Assembly: GCF_009914755.1 (NCBI RefSeq)
Contig: NC_060941.1
DNA: 64,000 bases
Strand: one strand, 5' to 3'
Source of the DNA: the human T2T-CHM13v2.0 reference genome, Homo sapiens
In this document: one piece after another, positions 48,911-61,800 of the stretch
Numbering within the stretch: the first letter of the stretch is position 1
Layout of the letters: every line of letters starts with the position of its first letter
Position numbers and translations under genes: made by a program
Notes under the pieces: model-generated
The model's database searches: none
The model's input: the letters and a program-made list of their open reading frames with translations, nothing else
What the model was told of the DNA's origin: nothing

Positions 48911-49866
48911 GTGTGCATCATCGAACCAATGCCTACCACCCACTCCAGGGGGCCAGCAGGTCTCCTGGGACCACGTCTGTCCTTTGTTCACTCTTAGGAA
49001 GGCTCCAGGGCCTAGAACAGTGCCTGGGCTGTGGAAGACGTCTAGCAAGCACCTGGCATGTGGCTACAGTGAGTGTCGGTGCCTCCTGCCCACCTCCTTC
49101 ACTGCCAAACGCACTGCAGCCCCAACACCACCGTCCATCTGCTGTTTTATTGCTTTGTCATCACTTGCCGCTCTCTGGAATTATCTTGGCTATTTCTTTG
49201 TTTCCTCGTTTCTTGTCTGTCTCCCTCCTCTAGACAAGCTAAAGTGAGGCCTAGGCTTCCCTGCTCAACCCCTCTTTTCCCCTGCCCAGCACAGAGGCAG
49301 CATGGGCAGGTGCTAAGAGGATATCTTTGGAATGGCCGAAGGAAGAAGCCCACCTGTGAGGCCAAGCTTCCCTCAGCCTGGACCTTGGGATGCGACCTGC
49401 TCAGAGAACTCATGTCTTCTGGCATGTCATGGACAGCCCTCCACCTCCCCACAGCTCTCCTCACTCCTTTCTCACGCCAATCCCATCTTGCATGCAGCCT
49501 GCCAGGCACACTGGCCCCCCGAGACCCTGGCTTCTCCCTGAGGTGCCTCTGGAAGGCTTCCCTTTCCCCCTTTCAGCCCCAGCCCTGTAGCCAGGCCCAG
49601 CAGACCCCTACCCCTGGGCTGCTGCTGAGCGCATTCGGGTGGGGGCAGAGAACATGGTGGGAGAGAGGCTTTGGAGGCCAAGAAGCACAGAGATATCCAC
49701 TCCTTCCCTTCTCTGCTTCTCTCAGCATCCAGGGGAGCCTGCTGCAGCCTTCCAGCGTAAAGACTGGGGCCCAGGAACACACGAGTCCAGCTCTGGGTCC
49801 AAGCTCTGGCGGAGGAAGTATCAGCAGCAGATCCTGGAGGGGAAGGAGCCCCAGCACGGGTCTTAC

Positions 49867-49943
49867 CTTGCTGTAAATAATCTGTAGTGTTAGAGGAACA
49901 GCCTCCCGGTCGCCATCGATGCCCAGCCGCTTGCTGCCAGGAC
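49867..49943 (-). CDS. PIK3R5: PIK3R5 exon 15, (G)[25 protein letters not shown]
   Basis: cacag acceptor, gtaaga donor; 77 nt, phase 1->0. Confidence 0.95.
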
Positions 49944-50145
49944 CTGTGCCACACACAGACAGACCCTTCACTACCCCTGGCTTCCCCGGCTCCTCACGAA
50001 CGCAGTGGCCTTGCCTCCCTGGGCCTTACCTCCCCATCCCCTACCACATGGACCGTGACTCCCTAGGGATCTGTCTCACCAAGGCCCTGCCTCTCTCTCT
50101 GGCTCCACGTTCTGGGGATCTCCACCTCCTCAGTGACCCCATCAC

Positions 50146-51325
50146 TCCAGGGCCCATCTCCGCTGTGATCACACATTCCCAGGGTCCTGCCTCTCCAGGG
50201 CCCCATCTCCGCTGTGATCACACCTTCCCAGGGTCCTGCCTCTCCAGGGCCCCATCTCCGCTGTGATCACACCTTCCCAGGGTCCTGCCTCTCCAGGGCC
50301 CCACCTCCTGGGTAACCCTGCCTCCCCAGGGCCCACCTGCTGGGTAAGCCTGCCTCCACCTGGCCCGACCTCCCATGTAACCCCCCTTCCCATGGTCCTG
50401 CCTCCCGGTAACCGTGCCTCCCCAGGGCCCTGCCTTCCAGGCAACCCCGCCTCCCCATGGCCTTGCCTCCTGGGTAACACCGCCTCCCCAGGGCCCTGCC
50501 TCGTGGGTAACTCCACCTTCCCATGGCCCTGCCTCCCGGTACCCCTGCCTCCCCAGGGCCCCACCTACCAGGCAACCCCGCCTCCCCATGGCCTCGCCTC
50601 CTGGGTAACCCCGCCCTCCCATGGCCCCACCTCCTGGGTAACCCCGCCTCCCCAGGGCCCCGCCTCCTGGGTAACTCCATCTTCCCATGGCCCTGCCTCC
50701 CGGTAACCCTGCCTCCCCAAGGCCCCACCTACCGGACAACCCCGCCTCCCCATGGCCCTGCCTCCTAGGTAACCCCGCCCCCCCATGGCCCCACCTCCTG
50801 GGTAACCCCGCCTCCCCAGGGCCCCGCCTCCCCATGGCCCTGCCTCCTAGGTAACCCCGCCCTCCCATGGCCCCACCTCCTGGGTAACCCCGCCCTCCCA
50901 TGGCCCCACCTCCTGGGTAACCCCGCCCTCCCATGGCCCCGCCTCCTGGGTAACCCCGCCCTCCCATGGCCCCACCTCCTGGGTAACCCCGCCTCCCCAG
51001 GGCCCCGCCTCCTGGGTAACTCCGCCTCCCCATGGCCCTGCCTCCCGGTAACCCTGCCTCCCCAAGGCCCCACCTACCGGACAACCCCGCCTCCCCATGG
51101 CCCTGCCTCCTAGGTAACCCCGCCCTCTCATGGCCCTGCCTCCTGGGTAACCCTACCTTCCCGTGGCCCCACCTCCCGTATCCCTGCCTCCCCAGGGCCC
51201 CGCCTACCGGGTCACCCAGCCACCCCATGGCCCCACCTCCCGGTAACCCCGTCTCCCCAGGGGCCTACCTCCTGTGCAACCCCACCTTCCCATGGCCCCA
51301 CCTCCCAGGTAACCCCACCTCCACA
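50146..51325. repeat. GC-rich compound VNTR: 3 x ~49 bp (50146-50291) then ~31 x 33 bp (gggtaaccccgccctcccatggccccacctcct)
   Basis: Periods measured directly (50194/50243/50292; 50882/50915). Confidence 0.96.
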
Positions 51326-51388
51326 GAGCTCCACGTTTCGCGTCCCAGGCCCCGCCTCACCGTCTGTCTCTGCTCAGGCAGTACCCAC

Positions 51389-51482
51389 CTGACGCCTTGA
51401 TGGCACGTGTGGCAGCGGAGTGACCCAGCTCCAAGGAGTGGATGAAGATCTCTGTCGTCTTCTCCCCAGTGATGAAGGTCAG
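51389..51482 (-). CDS. PIK3R5: PIK3R5 exon 14, [31 protein letters not shown](G)
   Basis: ctctccag acceptor, gtgggt donor; 94 nt, phase 0->1. Confidence 0.95.
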
Positions 51483-51636
51483 CTGGAGAGGGCAGGAGCA
51501 TGTACATCAGTGTGAACCTCCTGGAGGGGCCCATTTGGCTCCTCCAGCATAGACCTGCTGGCTCTCCCGGGGCAGGGGTGGGGCCTTGCAGGCCCGGCAG
51601 GTGGGGAAGAGGCGGTTCGGGGCAGGGAGGCCTTAC

Positions 51637-51765
51637 CTCGGTCTGATAGACTTGCAGCAGCACCGGTCTGGCGGCAAAGCGGCAGTAGTAGAGTAGCATG
51701 TCAGCCAGGATGGGCAGCTGGGTTGGGGAGCCCTCCAGGGCCTGGGCTTCAGCCTTCAGGGACTG
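51637..51765 (-). CDS. PIK3R5: PIK3R5 exon 13, [43 protein letters not shown]
   Basis: Tandem cag|cag acceptor, gtaagg donor; 129 nt. Confidence 0.94.
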
Positions 51766-52255
51766 CTGTGGCCAGAGGGAAGGGGCAGCCAAGCCAGATG
51801 GGTGGGTGGATAGATGGTAAGAAGGAGCAAGAATTAGGGAGGAAGAGAGAAGAGAGACATAGAGGCAGCCAGTCAGGGGGAGCTGGTGAGGTGGAAGCAG
51901 GAAGCAGGGGAGGGCCGGTGCCCAGCCTCCATGCCCCTCACCTGACCCACTGGCCTCCAGGGAGGCTTCTGGCTTAGCCAGACAAAGGCGGGAGTTGAGG
52001 AAGGGGGCTGAAATCTGAGGTCCCCCGGACCCTTCTGAGGGCCCTCCTCCATCACTGCAGTGACCCCAGCTCTCACACTCAGTGTCCTGAGTTCAGGCTC
52101 AGTCCTGCTTCTCACCCACACTCCCTGATCTTTTCCAAGAGGGCCCAGGTCCTCCATGGGGGCCTCAAGCCTGATTCCCTAAATCCAGGGCCTTCTAAGT
52201 GAGGCTGGGTGACTGCAGCCAGTGGACCCTGTTCCGCAACCACGGGGCCACTTAC

Positions 52256-52381
52256 CTGGCACAGGACTTCAGGGGGCAGGTGCATGAGGCCCAGTACATT
52301 GCGCTCATACCAGGGGTCCAGCATGCCGAGGTAGTGGGAGATGTCATTGGTGCTCTCCTCCCATGGGGTGGTGCCCAGCTC
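52256..52381 (-). CDS. PIK3R5: PIK3R5 exon 12, [42 protein letters not shown]
   Basis: ccctag acceptor, gtaagt donor; 126 nt. Confidence 0.95.
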
Positions 52382-52629
52382 CTAGGGCAAAGAACAAGAG
52401 TCATCATCCCAGCTCCCCAGGAGGCCTGCCCATCCTAGCTCCAGGGCCTTGGATGGCACCTGCAGCCCCATGCTGAGCTTCTCCCTGCCCTTGGGGAAGT
52501 ATGACAACTTTCAGTCTTTGTCATATGGCAAAATGTCATGTCCAAGTGCAGGGAGTGAGGGCCAGGCAGGGGGAGGTGCCCTGTCAACACAGGTGCTTGC
52601 TTTCCATGACTTCCAATCGGCTTCCTTCA

Positions 52630-53256
<627 letters not shown>

Positions 53257-53330
53257 TCAGGCCCCAGATTCCACCAGCACAACAACCCTGTTACCCAGGG
53301 CAGAGGGATGCTCCGCATTACGGCTCTTAC

Positions 53331-54051
53331 CGAAGGTTGCTGTACGCCCGAGCCACCTTCCCTGAAATCCGATCGGAGCCAAAGACCACAACACGTAGCG
53401 TGGAAGCCTTGGGATCCTCATCTCCACTCAGGAAGGGGCGGCGGCGCTGGGGGCGTGAAGCAGGGGCCAGAAGCCAGCTGGGCAGCTGGGTACCGAGTTT
53501 GGGCTGGGGCAGGGAGCGGGAGCGCTGGGCCCGGGAAGGGGGTGATACTGGTTCGTCCAGGGGGCTGCAGAGGCTCCCTGCCCGCCTCAGGGGCAGGGCC
53601 GTGTCCGAGCTGCCCTCCAGGCTCCGAGAGTCCCTCCGCAGTACCAGCTGGCTGGTGCTCTTGAAGAGTTTATAGATCCTGATGAACTTCTGCCCAGGCC
53701 TGCGGTGGCCTCGGCGTTCCTGGCTGCCACGCCTCCAAGGCCACTCGGAGGAGCTCTCCTCGCTGTCCTCCACGTAGCCGCTGTCCATGCCATCAGAGAG
53801 GCCTGAGACAAAGGAAGTCAGCAGATGGCGCGAGAGGGCCGGCCCCGAGGCCTGGGAGGATGCAAGGGACAAGGTGGAGTCATGGGACGCCAAAGAGCTG
53901 GTGGAGAGCAGGGAATCTCTCTCGGCACAGTGCCCGTCAGTTTCCAAGTCCTCCTCCACCTCCTCCTCCTCCTCTTCCTCCTCTTCATCATCTCCCAGGA
54001 TCCCTGGCTGGAGTAGCTCCTGTTCCTTGAGCAGGATTTCCTGCAGGATGT
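53331..54051 (-). CDS. PIK3R5: PIK3R5 exon 10 (721 nt), (D)[36 protein letters not shown]...[21 protein letters not shown](R)
   Basis: ctgcag acceptor, gtaaga donor; contains ORF 53327..53959; poly-Glu and Ser/Arg-rich linker. Confidence 0.97.
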
Positions 54052-54298
54052 CTGCAGGGAAGCAAGGCCAGCACTGTCTGGGCGTCTGGGCCCCGGATCC
54101 CCTTCTATATTCCCTTTGGAGGGGAGACAGCAGGACTCAGGGCCAGCCCAGGACTCCTAGCACTGCCCCCTTGCTCTGCTTAGAGCCTGCTCATGTGGGA
54201 GAGCTTTGGGGACGGGGTGGGAGCTGCATGGACCCAGGACCAGAAACACAGCTCAGGCAGTGTGGGGCATGGGTGTCACCAGGGCCCCGGCTCCTTAC

Positions 54299-54382
54299 CA
54301 AAGCTGTCCTGGCTCCAGCTGTAGGTGTAGCACCTGGCGACAGGGATGGGGATGGTGTGGAGCTTCCCTGGTTTTGCAGTGT
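54299..54382 (-). CDS. PIK3R5: PIK3R5 exon 9, (D)TAKPGKLHTIPIPVARCYTYSWSQDSF(D)
   Basis: cttacag acceptor, gtaagg donor; 84 nt. Confidence 0.95.
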
Positions 54383-55132
54383 CTGTAAGAACAGGGAGGA
54401 TAGGAGAAGAGGGCTGGGAAGAGGCCTTGGAGATTGGCCAGTCCAGTCCCCTTGCCTTGGAGAAGAGACCAGAGATGGGACAGGATCGGCACAAGGATAT
54501 GTAGCTGGATAGGCTGAGGCTGAGTTACAGCCAGGGTGCCAGGCTCCAAGCCAGAGGCCCTTCTTTCAAGCACACCATGTAGATGGCATGCCCTTTATGA
54601 GCTGTGCGAATGTGGCCAAACCACAACCTCTGAGCCTCATTTTACAATGTGCCCATGGGAGAATAATAGTACTAGCCCAGAAGGTTTTTATGAGGAATAT
54701 TGTAACAGGGAATGCTAATGGTTCCTCAAAGTCTGTGCTCCCTTCTATGGTACTGGAGTCATAGAGACGATGTTTCCCAGGCTCCTTTGGGGCAAGATGT
54801 GGCCACGTGACCAAGGCGGGCTCAAAGGAACATGAGCGGAAGTGATGTGCCCAGCTTCTGCATCACCTTCAACAGAAAAGCCCAGCCTTTGCCCTCGTAA
54901 GCACTCTCTTTTCCTCTTCCCACAAGCTGCCATCATGATAGCACCCCCACCCTGCCCCTATAGACAGGAATGAGACACCCTAGGGGATGGCAGAGCAGTG
55001 AGATGCTGAAGAAGCTGAGTCCCTGAGTGACTGTGTGGAGCAGAGCCACCAGGCCCGCCTGGACCGTGCACCTTGGGACCTAGAATAGGCCATGGGGAAT
55101 GTGGGAGAACCCCATTCTCCCAAGAGCCTCAC

Positions 55133-55286
55133 CTAACACCCCAGGGAAGCCAGCTTTTTCTCCCACCGCCTGCAGCTTGGTCCTGAGCCACCGCCGGGCC
55201 TCTGCAGCATCCCCGATGCCAGATGCCAGCTCCTGTGCCTCTGCGGTCTCCGTGAAGATGTCCTCAAGCTCTGCCAGGGTCTTGGC
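55133..55286 (-). CDS. PIK3R5: PIK3R5 exon 8, [51 protein letters not shown](D)
   Basis: tttcag acceptor, gtgagg donor; 154 nt, phase 0->1. Confidence 0.95.
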
Positions 55287-55897
55287 CTGAAACCCCAGGA
55301 GGAGATGGGCTTTGCTCCTGGACCGTGAGCTAGCTGTCCACCTGTTCCAGTTGCTAGCTTCTTACTGAGGGAGGCAGTGATCTGTCCCCTCCCAGCCTCA
55401 TCACCCATCTCCTACCCACAGCTGGCCAGGCAGCCAGGCCTCTCCCTGCCCTTCCATTCTCAGGAAATGGTCAGGAGAGAAAGATCCAGAGCCACGGCAC
55501 TGCAGTTAGGAGGGACTTCAGCGCTCCTCACTGTACCCCATAGAGGGGAAGGAGCTGTGTGGGGTGACACAGCCGACCTGTGACACCTGTGACAGAGCCA
55601 GGCCTAGATGCCAGGTCTTCAGCCCAAAGCTCATTCTCGTTCTTATGGCATATGCCATCTTCTGAGGCACCAGTTATCAGCACCCAGTCCTACTGCCCAG
55701 GCTGCCACCCAGCTGGTTAGGATCCAGCACACCAGAAACACCCTCTATGAGGTCAGCCCTCCAGCCACCACCCTGCCATGTCACCTGGGTGCAGGAGACT
55801 AAGTGTACCCTGGAGACCGTGGCTGAGATGAAGCAGGGAGAGGGTGCTACCTCCTCAGAGAGGTGCTCCACCAGAGCCCCAGGCCCCAGGTACATAC

Positions 55898-56072
55898 CTG
55901 TAGCCTGCAGTGCAGGCCCGGGACGTCACAGTGGGCCCCAAAGGTGGCCTGGAAGGCGTGCAGGAGCAGGGTGGTGTAGGCACTGTGAGGCGAGTGTCCG
56001 GGCGTACTCAGCTTATTGGCTACAGCAAGGAACTCGGCCTGCACTTCCACTGGGTTCAGCAGCAGCACGGTG
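55898..56072 (-). CDS. PIK3R5: PIK3R5 exon 7, (V)[58 protein letters not shown]
   Basis: tccccag acceptor, gtatgt donor; 175 nt, phase 2->0. Confidence 0.95.
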
Positions 56073-56618
56073 CTGGGGACACAGGGGACCGGCTATGGCA
56101 CCCAGGGGTGCGCAGCATGCCACAGTGCAGCCACCCCCCTCGTGCCTGCTGGTGCTCAGCTCCACTGAGACCAGGGCCTCCTCAAGCCCAGGCAGAGCTC
56201 GAGGAGGTGACCACAGGAGGCCAGGACAGAAGCAACAGCTCCAGGGTCCAGGTTTCCAGGGGAAAGCGTGGGGTTCACTGCTGAGCATTTTTCAGCTGTT
56301 GTTTTCAAAGATCTTTTCAAAATTGAACTTAATTCTTTAAAACTAAATTTACTTAATTTTTATATAAACGTTTTTTCCTATGAGACAGCTGAGTGGATGC
56401 AAGATTACTCAAATGAGGATCATATTTTAGGCAAGGTGACTTGAAGCCAAGCGATCAGTTTTCAGGGGGAGCTGGACAGCAACGTGGTGCTGTGCAGTGT
56501 GGTCTGGGGCGAGCGGGACATGAAATTCCTCGTGCCGTGGGGCTGCATCTGCCCGGAGGAGGGGATGCCAAGTCAGAGTGCATCTTCTTCCTGAGCTTAT
56601 GAGGGACACCTTTTCTAA

Positions 56619-57062
<444 letters not shown>

Positions 57063-58205
57063 TACTATGGAAACTTTCAAACATACCCCAAATTAAAAGA
57101 ATCGTGGGCTCTGAGGCGCTGATCACTCTGTTTACAGTTAACAACGCACGGCTGTTCTCACTTCCCCCATGCCAACCCCTCCATCACTGCATGACCTCGA
57201 AGCAAATTCGAGCCATGGCGGCTTTGTATCCATAAATGCTTTAGTATGAGCTGCATGTGATGAGAGCTCTTGCTCTCTCAATTCCACACTGCGTTTAAAC
57301 CCAGTGCAAAGGAGCACCACGCAGGGCAGCATTCCCTCCACACTCTGGGGACGTCGGTGCCCGGGGACAGGGCAGAGACAGGACTAGTCTCTGTCAAAGT
57401 CCCCATCATTTGGGAAGAAACTCACTTTGATTTCTCTATCTGTAAGAAAAAGGAGGTGGGCTTGTATAAGCAGCCCCTTACAACCTTGTAACGAGCCCAG
57501 CCGAGCCCCTGCCCTCACCAGCTTGCATAATTTCTCTCCCGAAGAATTTATCATCATTCTCAATTTACAGATAATGAAAGTGAGACCATCTCCCAACTGT
57601 AAGCTCTTTCTACAAATCTCTCGGTGCCTCACTTCCCTTATGTGAAAAATCCCTTTCTCACGGGGTTAACGTGAGGATTAAATGAGTCAGCACATGTAAC
57701 CATGCTTAGGATGGTGCCTGGAGTCCGAATAAAGGTCTAAAGGGCTTTGATGATTCTTCATCAGCCCACCTGCCCCAGCTCCCCCAGAGGAATCTTATTT
57801 ACTTACTAAACTACAACATTTTAGCATCCTTTCCCTCTGTCTCAACATCTATCATTTTGTTTGTGTTTGTTTTCACCTAGAGGGAAGTCAAGAAGTGTTG
57901 CTCAGGGGAGTGAGTGGGAAGTGAACCCCTGGGGCTGGGAATGAGGAGGGCCGGGGGCCTATAATTTCTGAGGTGGTGAAGGCCGGGGTCCCTGGGCTCC
58001 CAACATGTCAAGGTGAGACAGCACCCAACTCTTCAAGGCCTGCAGAGGGTCCTCCTAATGGGCACCCCCTCTCTAGTGCTTTTCAAACTGCAGGTCAGGA
58101 CACAGGAGTGGGTAATGAAATCATCTGGGGAGCCAAATTTGTTTCTTAAATGAAATAGAATAGAACAGAGCTCATCCTATGTAACCAGGATACATTTCAT
58201 TTCAG

Positions 58206-58206
<1 letters not shown>

Positions 58207-58248
<42 letters not shown>

Positions 58249-58250
58249 TG
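58207..58250. repeat. (TG)n microsatellite (others at ~37955-38000, 42818-42850, 46640-46735, 63079-63128)
   Basis: Direct reading. Confidence 0.95.
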
Positions 58251-58745
58251 TATCAGGCTGTCATATAAAATGGATTTTTCTTATAGGTCCTGGTCAAAAA
58301 AGTTTGGAAACACTGTTTTAGTAACAGACAGAAGGAGATTGTGGAAATATCATGGGCTTCTGAATAAGCCTGAGGGTTAAATTCTGGCTCGTACCCTTGC
58401 TCGCTGTGTGACCTTGGGGAAGTTGCTTGACCTCTCTGACCTCCAGTTCCTCATCTGAAAATAATGAAAGTGGGGGAACTGTGTGCCTAACACCTGGCAT
58501 AATTGATACAGACCTCTTTAAGAATCTGGTGAAAGACCGTCAGCCTAGAAAAACACACCTGGACACAAAATATCACCAGCAGTGCCAGGGGGTTCCCAGT
58601 TCCCTGGAAGCCTGTTTGTTGCTGGCTGGGGTGGACAGGGGGTGGGGGCACTGGATGTTTGAGTGGGGGAGGAGGGTGAAGGTGGAACAGTGCAGGGGTC
58701 CCAAACTCCCTCCCCACTGTTTCTCCGTCCCCCAAGAGCACTCAC

Positions 58746-58815
58746 ACGGTGGAGCTGCGGTGACTCCTGATGGGCAGGCCCTGCTCAGCCCTCACCAGTC
58801 TCTGGTAGGAGATCC
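58746..58815 (-). CDS. PIK3R5: PIK3R5 exon 6, (G)ISYQRLVRAEQGLPIRSHRSST(V); upstream exons lie beyond the right edge
   Basis: cccacag acceptor, gtgagt donor; 70 nt, phase 1->2. Confidence 0.94.
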
Positions 58816-61800
58816 CTGTGGGTCAAGAAGAAAAGAGTTCATGGGCTGATCAGTTCCTTCAGCATCGTCCGTGTGCCTCGTGGGGAGCCAAGCACTGGAC
58901 AATCAGGTTGGAAATTCCCGGATGGAGCTCAGGCGAACCTGCAGAGAAGCTGTTCTGTGGACCCTCCAGGGTGCCTAGCAGTTTGCTTCTATGCGTCCTT
59001 TTACACCTCACGAGTCATATCCCCACCTCCACCTCCAACACCAAAACTCGGTCCTGGGCCTCGCTGTCCTCTGGATTCCCGTGGCCTCTCTGACTGCCCT
59101 CCCTTCCTAAGAGCTTTCCACTCCCCTTGTGGCTCAGGTCCCGGCTCCAGGCTTGGAGGCAGCCTAGCTGGAGAGAAAGAGATCCAGGGTGAGAGCCCGT
59201 GTCGGAAGCCTGAGTTCTATTCCAGCTCTTCTGCGTGGCCTTGGCCAGGTCACTTTAGCCCTGGGCCTCAGTTTCTCCTGGGAAGGGCCAGATTAGATCC
59301 GTGGCCTCTGAGGCCTTTAACAGTCTATGATTCCCAGGCCCCACCATGGCTTGACCAACTTAAAGTTTCTCTCTTCAGAGACTGGGAGGCGGAGCATCGC
59401 AGGAGGCAGAACCTGGGCCCAGGAGGCTGCCCCGTCTTGTGCCGCAGGGCTACTCCTCGGTCCCTGCCGCTGCCCCCTCTCCCGGTCCGGGGTGCCTTCC
59501 CGCTATGCCAGGCACCTCTCAGCCCATCCACTTTGCCTTAGCTCCAGCCAGGCAGTGGGTTTCGAGTTTCCCCACCTGCACCTCCCCGTCTCTGCCTGGA
59601 GTCCGGGGATCGGGAAGGACTGTGGTCTGGCCTGGCGTCCTCCGTGCTCTGAGGCATCTGCATCCCAGGCTCCTCTCCCAGCCCGCATCCCCTTTCTCCC
59701 TGGCCCTTCCCCCTCTCTGTCTCCTCTGACTTCCAAATGCTGAGAAGAAACACACCAAAGGTTTTCCTTTTGTTTCTGCAGCTTGACTCTGTTGTGCACA
59801 GTAGTCGCTTTACAGTGTGCATTCAGTTCTGTTTCCACCATGACAAGGAGATGAAACAGAAAGCGGGAGTTCACTCCCTCACAGAGCAGGGGCTGGGGAC
59901 CCAGCGGGGTGGGTCGCCTTCTTGTCATAGCTTGGAAATAGGCCCAGGGCAGTCCCCATCGAGAGCAGGGCCACTCTGAACTGGGACTGAGCTGGGAACC
60001 TGCAGGACGTCCCCTCAGAAGTGCAAGTCTCGGGGGCGGGGTAGGGCGGGGGTTGGGGTTTAAAGACAGCTATAAATAGAAAGGCTGTGAGGTTCCTTTA
60101 GTAAAAGGCAGAAAATTACCACATAATGCTCTTCTAACTTGGGACCTAATTGCTTTGATTTTTGGCCTTTTGCGTGATGTTTACTTTATGTAATCATCGC
60201 ATATTTAGAAGTTAACGTTTGGTCCATTTTGCCAGATAAGTCCTTGACACAGTGGCTATTACATCAGGACTTGGGACACCATCTGGTGGCCACTCACGTG
60301 CATTACAGAGAAGAGATCCTCACCCGCTCTCCAACCACCTCTACATAATACCATAGCTACCATAGCGGAGACAAACAGATATTCCCCATCTCCCTGACCA
60401 TAAAACACATAGATACGCAAAATCTTCTCTTGACCTTATTTCTCTTTTCTTTTACTGTTTAATGCTTTTAACATTAACCCACACCCCGCTGACCCCATTT
60501 CTTCACCGCCACTTCTGCCTCTGTTGACCAAGGACATCCAGGCGGTCATACTCCAGGAAGCAGTAGACTCTGACGTCGCTCTCCCTCCACATCAGCTTTC
60601 TTCCAACACGCCCAGCCATTGGCTTCCAACCCCTCTGCCCTCCTGACCCTGCTCTCCTGAAGCTTGGCAACATTTTCCCCGTCCCCATACCCAACGGCCC
60701 AACCTCATCCTCACGCTGCTTGAACTTTTGTTTTGGAGTGCTTGGTACTGTTGACAACCTTCTCCTTGAAGCTCCTTCGTCTCCTCTTGTCTCTAGGATG
60801 AGGAGCAGTCTCTAACATCTATATTCGTGTGCCTTAGTCTCATTTTAGGATTGTGCTACAGTTAGAATCAGAAGCTGCTTCGTATGAGCTACGTGGACTC
60901 CACGCGACTGTTGCTCTATGTGTCCCGTTGCTTTAATGGGGGATATTTAGGAGGATACCTGTGCCTCTTGGCACACTCTGACCCAGAGAGAGTGATTTTC
61001 AGAGTTGTTTGGCTGGTGCTGAATACCCAAGGTACCAACAGTTCCCAAGCAGAACCTATGATCATCAGATAAACTCCCGCCCTCACCCCCAAAACACCAT
61101 CAACCCCCTTCCTTGGCCTCTCTTGGTAATGGACCTCCCTGCTTAGCATGGGGTGTGGGGTTTTGGGGTAATTAACTGGTGGGCTGGGGCCTGAGCTGGG
61201 AACACATTAGAAAAGACTGTGCAATGTGGAGGAGGCTTTGATAATATAAGCTTTTGTACAGACTGACTCCTTTGAGCCTGGCTTAGAGATTGTACTGCCG
61301 AGTCCCCATTTGCTGGTATGTGCTGTGAGGTTGGAAATATCTCCCAGCACCCTCCATGGGCTTGGTTTTCACAATGTTACCTGGTGATGCCAGGGAGGCC
61401 ATGAATGCTAAGTGGGGTGTGCAATGTCAGTTTCGAGACCACCCTTAACTCCACCCTCCACTCCCCAAACAGGGAGGCTGCACTGGGGAGCCTCAGATCC
61501 ACAGACACCTCTCTCCCTTTGATCTTAGATCACACCCTTTCTTGGTCACCTTAGCAGATGGAAACAACTTTCTGAGTTTAGCTTCTTAGATCAAGATTGG
61601 TGCAAGGGCTAAACAAAAATCTTGCCTGGGTTGTTCCTACGTCAGGCTCTAGCAAGTAAGAAATTGAGAGAAGTCACCCCATACAGGCGAAGAACGGGGT
61701 GAGTGGGCAGAACACACTCATAGTGAAGTTCAAACTCCTGGCCCAGGTGTCCAAGGCCCTTCGCCATTAAGCCTTGTTCACCCATCAAAGCTTCCACTCT

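Noticed and set aside
49073-49876. 267-aa plus-strand ORF (and the 222-aa ORF at 58873-59541)
   Set aside because: No recognisable domain and no splice or promoter support; the first starts at a non-ATG codon and overlaps decayed repeat-like sequence; both are typical of GC-rich intron noise
50775-50795. PRDM9-type CCNCCNTNNCCNC motif in the VNTR
   Set aside because: I found only one exact match, in a variant unit; expected by chance in C-rich DNA
50169-51400. Long ORFs up to 336 aa with GGRGYPGGGAM-type repeats, resembling a Gly/Pro-rich protein
   Set aside because: Explained by the 33-bp (11-codon) VNTR, which is open in several frames on both strands and lies inside a well-defined intron
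52274-52276. Codon recalled as the PIK3R5 Pro629 site linked to ataxia-oculomotor apraxia 3
   Set aside because: The sequence reads CCC (Pro), the normal residue; no variant here
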